Part shown: positions 9,544 through 18,427 of the stretch, piece by piece
How positions within the stretch are numbered: the first letter of the stretch is position 1
How the letters are laid out: every line of letters begins with the position of its first letter
Source: Salinigranum sp.
Lineage (GTDB): Archaea > Halobacteriota > Halobacteria > Halobacteriales > Haloferacaceae
Direction: 5' to 3'
Assembly: GCF_041641895.1 (NCBI RefSeq)
Contig: NZ_JBEPXO010000002.1
Coordinates: forward strand, 8,814-72,813
Length of the DNA stretch: 64,000 nucleotides
Notes under the pieces: generated by a model
Told to the model about the DNA's origin: nothing
The model's input: only the letters and a program-made list of their open reading frames with translations
Databases searched by the model: none
Made by a program: the position numbers and the translations under genes

Positions 9544-9762
9544 TCAGCTCCAGCCGGGACCGTCCGAGACGAACGGGCCGAACCCGGCGGACGTCCGTGC
9601 AACCGTCGTGATTCGGAGCATGTACGCCAGGAGGATGGCGAACGGGAGGAGTTCGACGGTGACGCCGACGGCGACGACGACTCCGAGCGACTGCGCCCCC
9701 GTCCCGAGTTCGAGGAGACGGTCTCTCCGTGTCGTCCGCGTCTCCGTACCCGATACCGACAT
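9544..9762 (-). pseudogene. C-terminal remnant of a paralog of the 10025-11026 membrane protein
   Basis: VELLPFAILLAYMLRITTVARTSAGFGPFV aligns with IVTPLAVFIAYVFRAATIARHTVSVGPFV of the neighbouring gene. Confidence 0.6.
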
Positions 9763-10024
9763 CCGGTCGTGGACGGCTACCCGTCTGGTGTTGATAAGGC
9801 TACAGGTATGGGGCCGAGGCGGGCCGCGCGTCGACGTGTCGGCGGTGTCCCTCACCGTCCCTGCTCTCCGCCTCGACGTTCGCCGTGGACGGAGACGCCC
9901 CCGCCCGCTCCGGTCCTGGCGACTGCAAGGAGCCACGCCTATGCGGCCACGGTGCGAACGCCTCGGGACGCGTGTTCCGACCCGACGACGTCTTCGACCG
10001 TGTGGCGACCCGCACAGGAGAACG

Positions 10025-11026
10025 ATGAGCGACGGCGTGCAGACGGCGAGTTCCGTCAGGAGCATCGACGGTGTCGGGGACCGGGCGATGCACTGGCTGG
10101 TCCTCGGCGGGAACCGCATCGCCGTCTCGGCGCTCCTCGTCGGGGCCGTCGTAGCCGTCTTCTTCGTGTTGACGAGAGCCGGGGCGCTGGCCATCGGCCC
10201 GGGGAGCGCCGCGGCGTCAGCCTTCTCGAGCGGCCTCATCGCCGGCACGGTGACGCTCGTGACCATCTCGCTGTCCATCAACCAGCTCATCCTCTCTCGC
10301 GTGTTCGGCTCGCCGAACGAACTGTTCGACCAGCTGAACGGGACGCGTGACCTCCGGCGACGCGTCCGGGAACACGCCGGCGAGTCGGCCGTCCCGAACG
10401 ACCCGGCCGAGTTTCTGGACCTGGTGGCAGAGACGCTCACCGACCGCGCGAACCGCCTCCAGTCGGCGTGTGACGACGGCAGCGGCGACCAGCCACCAGC
10501 GGTCGCCGACTACGCCGCCGGCATCGCGGCCTACGGCGAGAGCATCAGCGCGAAGATCGAGAGCCAGACGGCCATCGTGAACGTCCTGGAGGTCATCCTG
10601 GGAACCGAGTACGCGAAGAACATGACCGCGACGGAACAGCTCCGGAACGAGTACGGCGGTCGCCTCCCCGTCGAGGCCGAGCGAGAACTCGACGCTATCG
10701 GCGACATCCTGGGGGCGGTTGCCGTCACGCGGCAGTTCTTCAAGACGCTCTCGCTGCAGCAGGACTTCGCTCGCCTCTCCCGCGTCGTCGCCTACAGCGG
10801 CCTCGTCGCCCTCGCGGCCAGCATCGCGATGGCGCTCGTCTACCGCCCCGACTCGGTCACCGTCCCGGCGGGGTCGCTCCCGCTCGTCTTCAGCCTCGGC
10901 CTCGGCGTCATCGTCACGCCGCTCGCCGTGTTCATCGCGTACGTGTTCCGGGCGGCCACCATCGCTCGCCACACCGTCTCGGTCGGACCGTTCGTCCCGC
11001 CAGCGGAACGCCCCGACGCCGAGTGA
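10025..11026 (+). CDS. Conserved-type haloarchaeal membrane protein of unknown function (2 TM, helical cytoplasmic region, 2 TM)
   Basis: Start MSDGVQTA at 10025; TLVTISLSINQLILSRVFGSP and RQFFKTLSLQQDFARLSRVVAY; acidic soluble middle. Confidence 0.8.
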   Translation: MSDGVQTASSVRSIDGVGDRAMHWLVLGGNRIAVSALLVGAVVAVFFVLTRAGALAIGPGSAAASAFSSGLIAGTVTLVTISLSINQLILSRVFGSPNELFDQLNGTRDLRRRVREHAGESAVPNDPAEFLDLVAETLTDRANRLQSACDDGSGDQPPAVADYAAGIAAYGESISAKIESQTAIVNVLEVILGTEYAKNMTATEQLRNEYGGRLPVEAERELDAIGDILGAVAVTRQFFKTLSLQQDFARLSRVVAYSGLVALAASIAMALVYRPDSVTVPAGSLPLVFSLGLGVIVTPLAVFIAYVFRAATIARHTVSVGPFVPPAERPDAE

Positions 11027-11081
11027 CGCGCCGGCGACTCGGGGCGCGGCAGTCCGTCTGCGCCGTTTGCAGGCCGCAGCG

Positions 11082-11147
11082 TTAAAGACAGCCGCGGTCA
11101 ACTCCGGGTGCCCGCGTCGAACGAGCGCGGGCCGAACGACGGAGGTG
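11082..11147 (+). promoter_or_regulatory. TATA-like box and Shine-Dalgarno for the basic peptide ORF
   Basis: TTAAAG at 11082-11087; GGAGGTG at 11141-11147, 7 nt before the ATG at 11155. Confidence 0.55.
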
Positions 11148-11154
11148 TTACTCG

Positions 11155-11256
11155 ATGGGAAAACTCCGTAAAGCGATGAAGACGTGGCGACGACTTCCGC
11201 GCCGCGTCCGACGACGCATCGTTCGCAAAGGACGACGCCTACTCCGACGGCGTTGA
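11155..11256 (+). CDS. 33-aa highly cationic peptide MGKLRKAMKTWRRLPRRVRRRIVRKGRRLLRRR
   Basis: Manual translation, below the ORF-track cutoff; perfect SD and upstream TATA; lies in an otherwise empty intergenic gap. Confidence 0.6.
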   Translation: MGKLRKAMKTWRRLPRRVRRRIVRKGRRLLRRR

Positions 11257-11568
11257 CCCGTCGGAGCCGTTCGTCTCGGTCGTCCCTCGCCGTCTGACAC
11301 CGGACCAGCCGCGGCCGTGTCGGAGAACAGCCCGCTTCGTTCTCGGTCGCTCCCAGCTACTCGTACGGTGTCCGTCTATCCACTCCTCGTCCGACGCTCG
11401 TCCGCCAGCGACTCGTCCGACCTCCGGTCCCCCGAGCGTGGACGCTCGCGAAGAGCCTTCGACCGCCCGTGCTCCGGGCTCTCGGCGACAGAGGAGAATC
11501 AGTCTGCGCCGCGTGTGTCGCACGCTTCGGAACGGGGTGGCGACGAACCGAAACAGCTGGTCGCGGCC

Positions 11569-12083
11569 TCAGTCGCCAGCGACCTGCTGCTGGTCGAACT
11601 GCTCGCTGGCCTCGGTGACCTCGTCGAGGGCCTGTTTCTCCTCGTCGAGGGTCTGTGACAGGAGGTCGGCGGCCTCGTCGTGGCCGGTCTTCTCGGCGAG
11701 CGACGCAAGTTACCGTAAGCGGCGATCTCGTAGTGCTCGGTCTTCTGTGCGACCGCCAGGTTGTAGCGGTCCAGCACCTCGCCCTCGTTGTCCTGTGCGA
11801 ACGACTCGTGCTCGTCGATGCGTGCGCGCACGACCGTCTCTTCTCGGGTTTGTGCGTCCGCTCCGATCTCTTCGAACACCTGCTCGAGGCGCTCGACGTG
11901 CTCTCGGGTCTCCTCGCGGTGCTCGGAGAACGCCTCCTTGGCGGTCTCGTCCTCCGTCTGTTCTGCGAGTGTCCAGAGGGCGTCGTCGAGTTCCTGTTCC
12001 GCGTGGTACATCTTCTGCAGTCCGTGAACGAGGAGTTGTTCTGTTATCGTCGACTCCACCTCCTCCTCCGACGGTCCGAGCAT
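11569..12083 (-). pseudogene. DUF892/YciF ferritin-like protein with a 1-nt frameshift near 11706-11709
   Basis: MYHAEQEL, EETREHVERLEQVF, QKTEHYEIAAYGN; restoring one base gives LASLAEKTGHDEAADLLSQTLDEEKQAL... with a stop at 11569-11571. Confidence 0.85.
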
Positions 12084-12323
12084 TGAGTCGCCGGCCTGCC
12101 CCCGCAGGGGGCGTCACCGGAGGTGGGACCCGACCCGAACGGCGGGTGGGGCTGGAGCGAGTCACCCGACACCGCTCCTCGGCCTCGTCGGTCCGACTCG
12201 CTCACCGCGGTCCGACGCGCTCGGTTCACCCGACCGCTCAGTGAGGGCCGGACGGTGCCCGTGTCTACAGCCAGACGTCCGTCGGATGTGACGGTCAGCG
12301 TGGAACGTTCCGCGTCGACTCAG

Positions 12324-12848
12324 TTACGACCCGGTCTGATCCCGCGACTCGTCCTCCTCGGCTCCCGTCTCGTCTCCGCCGGGAGTCGCTTCGGACCGGG
12401 TCGACGCTACCAGGTTCTGGACGTACTGCATCCCGGTCGCGATTCCCGTCACACTGTCCATCAGCCGCTGCTGGGTGGCCTCGTCGGGGTAGATGCGATG
12501 TTCCATCTGGAGCGCATCGGCGTCTCTGAGTCTGCAGGACTGCCCCTCACTGTCGAGGAACGTGTAGAACCCGGGTGTCGACGCGAGGACCGGACCGATC
12601 TGGCCGAGCAGCTCCGTGCGCGTCTCTTCCTCGCGGACGAGACGCTGTGCTCGCTCCGTGTCGAACGCGCTCCGTCCGACAATCCGGACCGGCCCATCAT
12701 GTTCCTCTTTGATGAGGTGGAGAGGGAGCCGAGAGAGGGTCACCTCGAGGTTGAACTCCGTCTCCTCCTCGGCGTGCGACGCCACGTCCTGTACGGCGTC
12801 GTCGTCGAGCCACCAGCGGATCTGGTCGACGCTGAGGTGGGTTGTCAC
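12324..12848 (-). CDS. Hypothetical protein (possibly DUF2299/YbjN-like)
   Basis: Acidic 174-aa ORF with halophile composition; LQMEHRIYPDEATQQRLMDSV resembles the tail of chaperone-fold YbjN-like proteins. Confidence 0.6.
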   Translation of the reverse strand: MTTHLSVDQIRWWLDDDAVQDVASHAEEETEFNLEVTLSRLPLHLIKEEHDGPVRIVGRSAFDTERAQRLVREEETRTELLGQIGPVLASTPGFYTFLDSEGQSCRLRDADALQMEHRIYPDEATQQRLMDSVTGIATGMQYVQNLVASTRSEATPGGDETGAEEDESRDQTGS

Positions 12849-13141
12849 GCGTCACCTTCGGTCTCACGACGAAAAAGCGCTGAGCCGGCACTCGCAGCGT
12901 CCCCGCTTCGCTCCCGCCGCCGAGTCGACGACGGGGGCGTCGTCGAACGAGCACTACCGCTTCCGACCGGGGCCCGTGGCCACAGCGGTCGGACCGAGCG
13001 TCCGTCGACACGCCGCCGTCGAAGATGGTGGCCTCGGCACTCATAGGGCTCGTCACCGTCGGGTGCCACCCCGACTCTGAGCGGGCTTTCGTCATCGGCC
13101 GTCCGACGCTCCGTGTTCCGTGCGGAAACCCGTTTCTCCGT

Positions 13142-13354
13142 TCACCGGTCGGATGCACGCTCGGGCACGGCGTACGGCTGTCCGCAGCCGTGAATCTCGA
13201 CCCCGCAGTCGGGACACGCGGTGTGTTTCTCCCGGCGGTGGGCGACGGACTGTCGCTGTCGCTGTAGGTCCGCCTCCAGTCGCTCGCGCACGTCGTCCGG
13301 GAGGGCGGCGAACGCGACGACGTCGCCCCCGCAGACGGGACACGTCCGGTGCAT
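13142..13354 (-). CDS. Small CPxCG-type zinc-finger protein (70 aa)
   Basis: CPVCG and CPDCG motifs plus HGCG; start MHRTCPVCG at 13354. Confidence 0.75.
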   Translation of the reverse strand: MHRTCPVCGGDVVAFAALPDDVRERLEADLQRQRQSVAHRREKHTACPDCGVEIHGCGQPYAVPERASDR

Positions 13355-13405
13355 ACGCGTCCGCGTGGCGGCGTCGCACAAAAATCGACACGGTTCGCCC
13401 TCGAT

Positions 13406-14158
13406 TCACTCCCCCGGCGGCCCCGCGGCCGGCACCGTCCGCGGCTCCGACCCGGTCAGCCACAGCAGGTCGCGCTGGTCGGCGTCCCGGGGGTTCACGT
13501 CGCGGTGAACCACGCCCGGCGGCAGGTGGAACCACTCGCCCGCCCGGACGAGCGCTCGGTCGTCCGGACCGGTCCCCCACTCGACGTACCCCTCGCCCTC
13601 GACGACGTAGCCGAAGACGTGGTTGTCGCCGTGGTGGTGCCAGTTCGACGCGACGGCACTGGCGGCGTGGCCGCGTACCTGCTGGACGGTCGCGTCGGGG
13701 AACGGTGTCAGGCGAGTGAGGTTCACCAGCGTCCCCGCCGGGACCAGGTCGCCCTCGCCGGCGACGAGGGGGTGGACCGCCGGCGGTCGGTCCGGCGGGG
13801 CGGCGTCGACGACGCGTGGTCCCGTGCCGGCGACGCCGACGAGCGCGACCTGAACCTCCCGTCCGGCCACCTCCCGGTGGACGACGGCGGCGGGCACGGA
13901 GAAGAAGTCGCCCGGGCCCACTGTGAGGGCGTCGGCGGCTCCCAGGCCGAACTCGATGCGTCCGCGGCCCGCGAGGACGACGCCGTAGACGGCGTGGTCG
14001 CCGTGGTGGTGCCACCCCGAGGACGCGCCCGGCCACAGGCGCGTCCGGCAGAGTTCGAACCCGGCGACGGTGACGAGTGACTCCGTCGTCGGCCCGTCCC
14101 GCTCGGTACTCTCCAGTGCGCTCGCCCCTCCGACGCTCACTCCCGGGTTCGTCGCCAT
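13406..14158 (-). CDS. Bicupin (two cupin_2 domains)
   Basis: Duplicated WHHHGD..V[YF]G.V..G.G and VP/LP..VVHR[ED]V motifs. Confidence 0.88.
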   Translation of the reverse strand: MATNPGVSVGGASALESTERDGPTTESLVTVAGFELCRTRLWPGASSGWHHHGDHAVYGVVLAGRGRIEFGLGAADALTVGPGDFFSVPAAVVHREVAGREVQVALVGVAGTGPRVVDAAPPDRPPAVHPLVAGEGDLVPAGTLVNLTRLTPFPDATVQQVRGHAASAVASNWHHHGDNHVFGYVVEGEGYVEWGTGPDDRALVRAGEWFHLPPGVVHRDVNPRDADQRDLLWLTGSEPRTVPAAGPPGE

Positions 14159-14236
14159 CTCACCCTACAGACGGCAGGCGGACGGATATCGTTCTCTCCC
14201 GTGGGAGACGACGTTCGGTCGGGGGCTCGTCGCGCG

Positions 14237-14686
14237 TTACTCGTTGTCCGCGTCGCTCGCGTCGCCGTTCACGTTGACCGTCAGCACGGGGACCGTCGCG
14301 TTGGCGACGACGCGGGCGGAGACGCTCCCGACCATGTTCTGCCGGTAGTTCGCGCCGTGGGTTCCCATGGTGACGACGTCGATGCCCGCCTCCTCGATGT
14401 ACGCGAGAATCTCCTCGGCCGGGTCACCGCGCCGGAGTACTGCCTTCGTCGCCACCTCGTCGTCCAGCTTCGCCCGGGCGGCGGCGGTGGCCTCGTTCCC
14501 CTCGCCCTCGAGTTCGTCGACCACGTCGTCGACGAGGTCGGGTGCGAGCGTCAGGAAGGCGCGGTCGTCGACCACGTAGAGCACGTGGACGGTCGCGTCG
14601 TGTCGGTGTGCCAGGTCGAGCGTGTGCCGGTAGACGTCGTCCATCGACTCCGTCCCGTCCGTCGGCAGCAGGATGTCGTCGTACAT
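14237..14686 (-). CDS. Universal stress protein (UspA family)
   Basis: MYDDILLPTDG...VVTMGTHG...GSVSARVVANATVPVLTV. Confidence 0.95.
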   Translation of the reverse strand: MYDDILLPTDGTESMDDVYRHTLDLAHRHDATVHVLYVVDDRAFLTLAPDLVDDVVDELEGEGNEATAAARAKLDDEVATKAVLRRGDPAEEILAYIEEAGIDVVTMGTHGANYRQNMVGSVSARVVANATVPVLTVNVNGDASDADNE

Positions 14687-14810
14687 CAGTCTCGTTCGGA
14701 CCGAGGACGCCGGACGGCAAGAACGCTGTCATCCGTTCTCGCTCGCCGGGAACCGCCGGGGACCGGAACGGCCGACAGCCTCTTTCCCGACCACGACCCT
14801 CTCACTCCCG

Positions 14811-15245
14811 ATGGCACTCCCGCCGCGGACCGAGACGGACCTCAGACGCGAACTCACGGGGCTCGTCGTCGAGAGCCTCGCCGTTCGACAGGACCTCTCT
14901 CACCGGAGCGTCCGCTGTGCGGCGTGTGCTGCCCGGGACGACGACAGCGACGCCGACCGAACCGTCGGCGACGAAGTCTGCGTCGTCCTCCGGGAGTACG
15001 AGGGGTTCACCTGGGAGATTCAGGACCTCCGCTGCCCCGACCACTGCGTCGACCGGGTCGCCGACGCGGCCGGTGTCGAGGCCGACGACCAGGTAGTCGT
15101 CGCTGCCGTCCTGGAGGCCGCCGGATACCACTCGCCCGACGGCCAGTACCACCCCGAGGCACTCACGCTCGGGGCCGTCGAGGTCATCGACTACAGCCCC
15201 GCGTCGGAGGGGTACCGCGACCGGGGCCCCGGCACCGACGGGTAG
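14811..15245 (+). CDS. Hypothetical Cys/His-motif (putative Zn-binding) protein
   Basis: CAAC, then LRCPDHC, C-terminal LTLGAVEVIDYSPASEG; acidic; start MALPPRT at 14811. Confidence 0.65.
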   Translation: MALPPRTETDLRRELTGLVVESLAVRQDLSHRSVRCAACAARDDDSDADRTVGDEVCVVLREYEGFTWEIQDLRCPDHCVDRVADAAGVEADDQVVVAAVLEAAGYHSPDGQYHPEALTLGAVEVIDYSPASEGYRDRGPGTDG

Positions 15246-15301
15246 CCGCTCCGCCGGCACCGACCCCCGACTTTGTAGTCCGCCAGCGCGTACGTGCGGT
15301 G

Positions 15302-16261
15302 ATGACCGACCCGACGACGACCACGGAGACGGGCGACGTCGTACTGTACGGTGGGAAGGGCGGGGTTGGGAAGACGACCTGTGCGGCCGCGCACGCCCTC
15401 GCGTCGGCCCGAGACGGGCGGGAGACGCTCGTCGTCTCGACGGACCCGGCCCACTCGCTCGGCGACGCCTTCGAGCGTGACCTCGGCGGCGACCCGGTCG
15501 AAGTCGTCGACGACCTCTTCGCCGTCGAGGTGGACCCCGACACCGGCCAGAACGCCTACCGTCGCGTCGTGGAGACGCTCGTGGGCGAATTCCGGGACGC
15601 GGGACTCAGACTCTCCGAGGAGGACCTCGAACGCCTGTTCGAGGCGGGGCTGATTCCCGGCGGCGACGAAGTCGCGGCGCTGGAGTACGTCGCCCGGTAC
15701 GCCAACAGCGACTACGACCACGTCGTCCTCGACACGGCACCCACGGGGCACACCCTCCGACTGCTGGACCTCCCGGACGTGCTCGCGGAGACGCTCGGCG
15801 TCGCCGGCGACGTCCAGCGGCGGGTTCGCAGCGCGGGCCGGGCGGCCAAGAGCATGGTCCTCGGGCCGGCGGCGTACTGGGGGTCGAACGACCGCGACGG
15901 CGACGAGGTCGCCTCGCTCCAGGGACGCGTCGCCGAGGTGGGCACGCTCCTGCGCGACCCCGCCCGGACCAGTTTCCGCGTCGTCCTCACCCCCGAGCGG
16001 ATGGCCATCGCCGAGGCCGAGCGACTGGTGGCACGGCTCTCCGAGTCGGGCATCGGCGTCGACTCGCTCGTGGTGAACCGCGTCTTCGAGAACGCCGAGG
16101 GGTGCTCCTGCGTCCGCTGTCGGCGCGACGCCGAGCGCCACGCCACGCGTCTCGCGGAGGTAGACGACGCGTTCGACCTCCCCGTGCGACAGGTCCCGGA
16201 ACTCGAAGGCGAGTCACAGGGGTTGGCGGCGCTCGAACGCGTCGGCGCGTCGCTCGACTGA
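15302..16261 (+). CDS. arsA: ArsA/GET3-family ATPase (single domain)
   Basis: GGKGGVGKTT, STDPAHSLGD, DTAPTGHTLRLL and C-terminal CSCVRC. Confidence 0.92.
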   Translation: MTDPTTTTETGDVVLYGGKGGVGKTTCAAAHALASARDGRETLVVSTDPAHSLGDAFERDLGGDPVEVVDDLFAVEVDPDTGQNAYRRVVETLVGEFRDAGLRLSEEDLERLFEAGLIPGGDEVAALEYVARYANSDYDHVVLDTAPTGHTLRLLDLPDVLAETLGVAGDVQRRVRSAGRAAKSMVLGPAAYWGSNDRDGDEVASLQGRVAEVGTLLRDPARTSFRVVLTPERMAIAEAERLVARLSESGIGVDSLVVNRVFENAEGCSCVRCRRDAERHATRLAEVDDAFDLPVRQVPELEGESQGLAALERVGASLD

Positions 16262-17338
16262 CTACTCGCCCGCCCGTTCGCGCGCCGCGGCCACCACGAG
16301 CGGGAGCGTGATGGTCGCGTCCGCGACGACGGTGACGTTCCGCGCGTCCTTCTCCAGTTTCCCCCACGACCGCGCCTCGTCGAGCGTCGCCCCCGACAGA
16401 CCGCCGGTGTCGCTCGAGTCCATCGTCAACTGCACCGCGTAGTCGTACGCGTCGGGCACGGTGAGCATCGTCTGGAGGACGTAGTTCTTCGGGACGCCGC
16501 CGCCGACGACCAGCGCGCCCGCCGAGTCGGCCTCGAACGCGAGGTCAGAGAGGTGGGTCATGTCGCCGAGGGCGTCGAGCGCGAAGTCTGAGGTCTGCCC
16601 GTAGATCCACGCCTGGATGCCGAGCACCGAGTCCTGGATGGCCGGCACGTAGACGGGGACGTCACAGTCGTACGCCGCCGCGGCGATGCCGGCGTCCTCG
16701 TCGACGCCGTGCTCGCGGTTCTGTTCGAGGTTCGCCCGCCCCAGTTCGCGGGTGAACTCCCGGATGGTGACGGTCCGCTCGACTTCCGGAAAGACGTTCG
16801 CTCGCAGGTGCTTCTCGAACAGCGTGAAGTGCTCCTGGGGGAGGTAGACGTTGTAGATGCGGTCGACCCCCTCGTCGCGCAGGCGTTCGTCGTGCTCGCG
16901 CTCGCTCTCGGCGTCGGTGCGTTCCTCGACCCGGTGGTCGTGGGGGCCGACGCTCCCGTGGTGGTGCTTGCCGCCGACCGCCTCGATGGCGTCGTGGGTG
17001 AGGTTCGCCCCCGTCGTCACCAGGGCGTCGACGTGGCCGTCGCGGATGAGGTCGACCACGACCTGCCGCATCCCGGTCGGGACCATCGCGCCCGCGAGGC
17101 CGAGGAAGGTGGTCACCTCGGGCGCGAGCATCTCGCTGTAGATGTCGACCGCTCGCTCGACGCCGGCGGCGCCGATGCCCGCCTTCCCGTACTCGTCGAC
17201 GAGTTCGCCGACGGTCATCCCCGCCCGGACCCGCGTGTGACCGATGGGGTCCTCGCTGAACGTCTCTCTGTGTCCGGTTCCGTCGCCGTCACCCTCGCTG
17301 TCGCCCGCCTCTCCGTCGGGGGCGTCGTGGTCGCTCAT
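16262..17338 (-). CDS. dhs: Deoxyhypusine synthase
   Basis: GAMVPTGMR, TTGANLTHD, GGGVPKN and GGLSGATLDEARSWGK with the catalytic Lys. Confidence 0.96.
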   Translation of the reverse strand: MSDHDAPDGEAGDSEGDGDGTGHRETFSEDPIGHTRVRAGMTVGELVDEYGKAGIGAAGVERAVDIYSEMLAPEVTTFLGLAGAMVPTGMRQVVVDLIRDGHVDALVTTGANLTHDAIEAVGGKHHHGSVGPHDHRVEERTDAESEREHDERLRDEGVDRIYNVYLPQEHFTLFEKHLRANVFPEVERTVTIREFTRELGRANLEQNREHGVDEDAGIAAAAYDCDVPVYVPAIQDSVLGIQAWIYGQTSDFALDALGDMTHLSDLAFEADSAGALVVGGGVPKNYVLQTMLTVPDAYDYAVQLTMDSSDTGGLSGATLDEARSWGKLEKDARNVTVVADATITLPLVVAAARERAGE

Positions 17339-17408
17339 GGCGGGAGATGTGGCGGGCCGGCGTTTGAACGTCTCGGTCCGGCCTGCGGTGTCGCGGGCGT
17401 CGGCCCGC

Positions 17409-18179
17409 TCACAGCCCGGTCGGGTGTTCGACGTACGTCGTCTCCAGCCCCCAGTCCTCGGCGAGCGACGCGAGCGCGCGGACCCCGAACGTCTCCGTCG
17501 CGTAGTGGCCCGCGAGGAGGACGTTCACGCCCGACTCCCGCGCCTGGTGGTACACCTGTTGTTTGCCCTCGCCGGTGACGAACGTGTCGACGCCGGCCGC
17601 GACAGCTTCGTCGAGGAAGTCCGCGCCGCTCCCCGTCACGATGGCCACCTCGTCGGCCTCTTCGGGGCCGAACGAGAGCAGTCGAGTCTCCCCGCCCCCC
17701 TGCGGGAGTTCGTCGAGTTCCTCCTTGAGCGCCCGCGGCGACCGGGGCGTCGTCAACTGGCCACGCTGGCCGATAGGTTCGCCGCCCATCGTCGCGAACG
17801 GCGCTCGCTCCGTGAGGCCGAGGAACTCCGCGACGCCGGCGGCGTTGCCCAGTTGCTGGTGACCGTCGAGCGGCAGGTGTGAGACGTACAGCGCCAGGTC
17901 GGCCTCGACGAGACGGGCGATGCGGTCGTACGTCCGTCCGGTCACCCGTTCGATACCCCCCCACGAGAGGCCGTGGTGGGTCACGAGGAGGCCGGCGCCG
18001 GCGCTCGTGGCCTCGTCGATGGTGGTCCGCGCCGCGTCGACGGCGACGGCGACGTGGTCGACCTCCCGCCCCTGCTCGTCGGCGCCGACCTGCAACCCGT
18101 TGGCGCTGGCGTCGATGTCGGCGTACGCGTCCGTCTGCAGCTTCTCGTCGTACCGCGCGACCAGTTCGCTGAGTTCCAT
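17409..18179 (-). CDS. Nif3-like dinuclear metal-centre protein (YbgI/DUF34)
   Basis: DASANGLQVG, LLVTHHGLSW, SHLPLDGH, GHYATETFG; start MELSEL at 18179. Confidence 0.93.
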   Translation of the reverse strand: MELSELVARYDEKLQTDAYADIDASANGLQVGADEQGREVDHVAVAVDAARTTIDEATSAGAGLLVTHHGLSWGGIERVTGRTYDRIARLVEADLALYVSHLPLDGHQQLGNAAGVAEFLGLTERAPFATMGGEPIGQRGQLTTPRSPRALKEELDELPQGGGETRLLSFGPEEADEVAIVTGSGADFLDEAVAAGVDTFVTGEGKQQVYHQARESGVNVLLAGHYATETFGVRALASLAEDWGLETTYVEHPTGL

Positions 18180-18237
18180 GCCGGATGCTCGGGGGCGACG
18201 CGTTTGTATCTGTACTTCTCGGTCGGGGAGCCCCCCG

Positions 18238-18363
18238 TCAGACCCCGAACCACCGGGCGGCCCCGCCGGCGAGGAGCGCGAGTCCGCCGGTGATGAACGT
18301 CCCCGGAACCGGGAGGACGAAGAGCAGTACACCGAGCGCGAGTACGATTGTCGATATTCGCAC
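18238..18363 (-). CDS. 41-aa hydrophobic microprotein
   Basis: GTG start at 18363: MRISTIVLALGVLLFVLPVPGTFITGGLALLAGGAARWFGV; co-oriented inside the aIF-5A cluster. Confidence 0.65.
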   Translation of the reverse strand: MRISTIVLALGVLLFVLPVPGTFITGGLALLAGGAARWFGV

Positions 18364-18427
18364 GACTGACACGAACACCGGGAACGGGGTAGCCCTTGTG
18401 CCTGCAGTGACGGGGCCCGGGGTCGCG

